From Planctomycetota bacterium (GTDB taxonomy: Bacteria; Planctomycetota; PLA2; JAEUHO01), in assembly GCA_050248855.1 (NCBI GenBank), contig JBFWRP010000009.1, forward strand, positions 99,600 to 163,599: a DNA stretch of 64,000 nt, read 5' to 3'. A program made the position numbers and the translations under genes. How positions within the stretch are numbered: position 1 is the stretch's first letter; each line of letters begins with the position of its first letter. The notes beneath the pieces are model-generated. The model was not told where the DNA came from. It saw only the letters and a list, made by a program, of their open reading frames with translations, and ran no database searches. Of the stretch, positions 60,901-64,000 are shown one piece after another.

Positions 60901-61716
60901 ATGGAGGCGACTCCCTACACCGCCCGCGGCCTGGCGATGCGTTGGAAGACGCTGCTCCTGGTGGCCGTGCTCGCACTCGCCGTGATCGGCAACGTGGTCG
61001 GGTTGCGTGCAGGCGTCCCGGAGCACCGGGCGGGGCTGGAGGGTCGCACCAAGCGACCTGCTTCCGGCGCGCACCCAGGGGCGCTGCCTGCACCTTCGTA
61101 CGCCGAGGTCGGGGCCGGGGCGCTCCGCCCCGAGGCCACCACCCCGATCGCATGGAGCGAGTGGACGACCCTGCTCGCCGCGCCCGCCCAGGCTCCCGTG
61201 ACCGACATGGAGGCGCGCCTGGAGTCCCTGGCCGTGCGGGCTTCGCGGCGAGCCTTCAACGGAGCTCCGCCGACCGTTCCGCACGGCATCGACGGCATGG
61301 CCGACACGTCGTGCACGCTGTGCCATGGGCAGGGCATCGCCATCGAGGGGGCCGTCGCACGTGCGTTGCCCCACGCCGACCTGGGCCAATGCACGCAGTG
61401 CCACGTGGCGGCTGCGCCGGCGCCCCTGGGAGGCGGCACGGGGACCTTGGCCTCGTCGACGTGGCGCGGCAAGCCGGCCCCGGAGCAGGGTCGGCGCGCC
61501 TACGCCGGGGCGCCTCCGGTGGTCCCGCACACGCTGGCCATGCGCGAGAACTGCGCGGCGTGCCACGGCGTACACGGCTGGCCGGGCATGCAGACGAGCC
61601 ATCCCGAGCGTTCGAGCTGCCTGCAGTGCCACGCGCCGGTCGAAGACCAAGCCCATCCCGGCAGGACGTTGCCGGCGAGCTGGTTCCTGCCGCCCCCGCC
61701 GGTGGCCGCACGATGA
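60901..61716 (+). CDS. napB: NapB-like cytochrome with duplicated diheme module (4 CxxCH)
   Basis: RRAFNGAPPTVPH...CTLCH...H...CTQCHV and RAYAGAPPVVPH...CAACH...HPER..CLQCH. Confidence 0.8.
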   Translation: MEATPYTARGLAMRWKTLLLVAVLALAVIGNVVGLRAGVPEHRAGLEGRTKRPASGAHPGALPAPSYAEVGAGALRPEATTPIAWSEWTTLLAAPAQAPVTDMEARLESLAVRASRRAFNGAPPTVPHGIDGMADTSCTLCHGQGIAIEGAVARALPHADLGQCTQCHVAAAPAPLGGGTGTLASSTWRGKPAPEQGRRAYAGAPPVVPHTLAMRENCAACHGVHGWPGMQTSHPERSSCLQCHAPVEDQAHPGRTLPASWFLPPPPVAAR

Positions 61717-62033
61717 GCCACGCCCCGCTGCTCCAGGCGCTGCTCGGTCCCGAGGACCGCGCCGAGTACTACCGCGACCTGGTTGCCCTGGCAGAGGGTC
61801 TCACGGCCCAGGTCGAGGTCGCGGGCGTGGGCACGCGCGCCTGCCGCCTCGACGAGGCCTTCGCGGCGCTCGAAGAGGGCACGTCGCGTCGCGCCCTCTT
61901 GCGCTACCGCCACGACGGACGGCACTGGCTGGACACGCTGCTCATCGAGCCCCGCGGCGTGCGCCTGGTCCGCATCGCCGAAGACGAGGCCGGAGCCGGC
62001 GCCCCGACCCCGGAGTCAGACCAAGCCCGGTGA
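61713..62033 (+). CDS. Small hypothetical protein coupled to napB
   Basis: ATGA overlap; MSHAPLLQALL...LRYRHDGRHWLDTL...VRLVRI. Confidence 0.65.
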   Translation: MSHAPLLQALLGPEDRAEYYRDLVALAEGLTAQVEVAGVGTRACRLDEAFAALEEGTSRRALLRYRHDGRHWLDTLLIEPRGVRLVRIAEDEAGAGAPTPESDQAR

Positions 62034-62681
62034 GCGCTCCTCGAGCGCGTGCGTGAAGAGCGTCAGGGCCTCCTCGGGCCCGGTGCACGTCACGCCCAGA
62101 TCGCGCAGGCGGCCGTCGTGGAGGCCGTAGATCCAACCGTGCACGTGCAGGGGCTGCCCGCGGGCCCACGCGTCCTGGGCCACGGTCGTCTGGCAGACGT
62201 TGGCGGCTTGTTCGATCACGTTGAGCTCGCACAGCAGGTTGGCGCGCTCGCCCTCGTCGGCAAGGCGGGCCAGGGCCGGCGCATGCTTGTCGCGCAAGTC
62301 CTGGACGTGGCGCAGCCAGTTGTAGGCCAAGCCCACGCGGTCACCGTTCAGTGCTGCTCGCACACCGCTGCACCCGTAGTGTCCACAGACGATGATGTGC
62401 TTGACGTGCAGGACGTCCACGGCGAACTGCATCACCGACAAGCAGTTGAGGTCGGTATGCACGACGACGTTGGCGATGTTGCGGTGCACGAACAGCTCGC
62501 CGGGCAGCAGGCGCACGATCTCGTTGGCCGGGACGCGGCTGTCCGAGCACCCGATCCAGAGGTACTCGGGCCGCTGTTGCTCGGCCAGGCGGGCGAAGAA
62601 CCGGGGATCCTGGTCCTTCATGGCGGCCGACCACGCCGCGTTGTTCTCGAGGAGGTGGGCCAGGCTGCGCATGGGCCGCAT
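62016..62681 (-). CDS. can: Beta-class carbonic anhydrase
   Basis: WIGCSDSRVP, GELFVHRNIAN, CGHYGC, LCELNVIEQ, HGWIYG. Start 62672 or 62681. Confidence 0.95.
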   Translation of the reverse strand: MRPMRSLAHLLENNAAWSAAMKDQDPRFFARLAEQQRPEYLWIGCSDSRVPANEIVRLLPGELFVHRNIANVVVHTDLNCLSVMQFAVDVLHVKHIIVCGHYGCSGVRAALNGDRVGLAYNWLRHVQDLRDKHAPALARLADEGERANLLCELNVIEQAANVCQTTVAQDAWARGQPLHVHGWIYGLHDGRLRDLGVTCTGPEEALTLFTHALEERSPGLV

Positions 62682-62818
62682 TGGACAGCCTCGCGGCCCC
62701 GAAGCGAGCCTGATTCCGGGAGGGCGGAGGTCGCGCCGCCTGCCGGCCCCTCGCCCCGCCCCTAGCCTGGGGGCACGAGCGTGGGGAAGGCGCCCGACCC
62801 GGCCTCTCCCCGGTCTCG

Positions 62819-63877
62819 ATGGGGAACGTCATGGGCATGCTGGATGCGGCGGGGAGCCGAATCGGGGGCTGCGTGGTCGCAGCGCTCGTCCTTGCAGGGG
62901 TGCTGGCCGACGCGGCCCGCGCCGGGGAGCAGGCGCGGCCGGAGGGTGCCGAGCCGCTCCCCGTGGAGCGGACCACGACGGTCCGCGGGCGCGGGACGGT
63001 CTGGTACATCGACGGACCCACGGTGATTCCTCCGAGTGCGGAGATCCGCATCGAGCTGGGCACGCGCATCGTCGGCATCAACAACGCCTCGCTCGACGTC
63101 CAGGGGGGCTTGAAGATCCACGGCACGGAGGAGAGCTGGGTCGTCGTGGAGAACATCGACTTCTCCCCCACGCTGGCTCCCAAGCAGGACCTGCATCTGG
63201 ACATGGTCGACTTCCGGGGGTGCAAGTTCACCTGGACGAAGGAGCAGCCGTTCACGGGGCTGCTCACGCTCGAGAACGCCTGCGTGCAACGCAGCTGCAC
63301 GTGGGACATGCACATCGCCTCGGGCTTCGTGAAGATCATGACGGTCGAGTTCGTGTGCCCGTGCCAGATCACGTGCGTGCCCGCCGACCGCAAGCCGGTC
63401 GAGGTCGACATCCGCACGTCGTGGATGAAGGTCACGACCCTCAAGGGCCCCGGCCAACACATCCTTCGTCACTGCGAGTTCAAGGGCGACGTGACCGCCG
63501 AGCACGTCGACCAGTTCGAGATCGACGGCTGCGACATCTTCGGCAACCTGATCGTGCGCCAGCCGGCCGAGGGCAGCTTCAAGGACGTCACGCTCACCAA
63601 GTGCAGCGTGTTCGAGCCCTCCAAGGTGGTGCTCGAGCGACCGCCCGGCGAGAAGCCCTCCAAGGACCGCGTCAAGCTCGACAAGTTCTACTGGGGCCCG
63701 ATCAACAGCGGCGTCAAGCGCGGCCACACCGAGAAGGAGCTCGTGGACCGCATCGTGGACGGCGACGACGCCGAAGAGGGCCAGGGCACCGTCTTCGCCG
63801 TCATCGGCAAGTCCGTGAAGCGTCCCCACGGCCTCCTGTCCGAGACCCTCCGCAGCCGCGCCCCGCCCGTGAACTAG
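62819..63877 (+). CDS. Hypothetical exported protein, possibly a beta-helix
   Basis: Signal-like segment; IRIELGTRI..LDVQGGLKIHGT; repeated xxCxF turns; strong GC3 codon bias. Confidence 0.65.
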   Translation: MGNVMGMLDAAGSRIGGCVVAALVLAGVLADAARAGEQARPEGAEPLPVERTTTVRGRGTVWYIDGPTVIPPSAEIRIELGTRIVGINNASLDVQGGLKIHGTEESWVVVENIDFSPTLAPKQDLHLDMVDFRGCKFTWTKEQPFTGLLTLENACVQRSCTWDMHIASGFVKIMTVEFVCPCQITCVPADRKPVEVDIRTSWMKVTTLKGPGQHILRHCEFKGDVTAEHVDQFEIDGCDIFGNLIVRQPAEGSFKDVTLTKCSVFEPSKVVLERPPGEKPSKDRVKLDKFYWGPINSGVKRGHTEKELVDRIVDGDDAEEGQGTVFAVIGKSVKRPHGLLSETLRSRAPPVN

Positions 63878-64000
63878 GAGCCTGCGCCACAGATCGCGTG
63901 CACGGCGCCACCCCCGTCCTGCAGCTCGGATTCCTGGATTCCAGCTTCGGCGAAGCACGTGAATCGGCTTGAACGCCCTTTCGCTCGGTCGGCGCGGGCT

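Overview
Very GC-rich bacterial DNA with dense coding, probably from an uncultured Planctomycetota-like organism; the taxonomy is inferred from a long-tailed ECF sigma factor, Cys-rich porins, the CcsBA context and a Gld-like ABC set. Left half (1-35.9 kb): housekeeping and regulatory genes (RdgC, DedA, a PAS kinase/NtrC pair, TPR paralogues, two small TA-like pairs, M28 peptidase, amidase, Gld-like ABC, NYN, SDR, cupin). It also holds a 50-aa Lys-rich histone-H1-like gene behind a candidate sigma54 promoter with paired palindromes, a ~1,780-aa one-component sensor (CBM9-like/TM/HAMP/GAF-like/degenerate GGDEF/sigma54 AAA+/DeoR-like HTH) and a ~167-nt rod-shaped 6S-like RNA candidate. Right half: an anaerobic-respiration region with 53 c-heme motifs. 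At 35.9-49.1 kb lies a putative extracellular electron transfer locus (OmcA/MtrC-like decaheme lipoprotein, NapC/CymA-like tetraheme, dedicated CcsBA maturation genes, 8-heme lipoprotein, beta-barrel, 23-heme repeat cytochrome). At 53.4-62 kb lies a napDAB operon with a duplicated four-heme NapB, divergent from a tetraheme/NrfC/NrfD/Rrf2/porin operon. Many starts show a TANNNT box 6-7 nt upstream, suggesting leaderless mRNAs. All product calls come from reading motifs by eye; no database searches were run, and start codons are best estimates.
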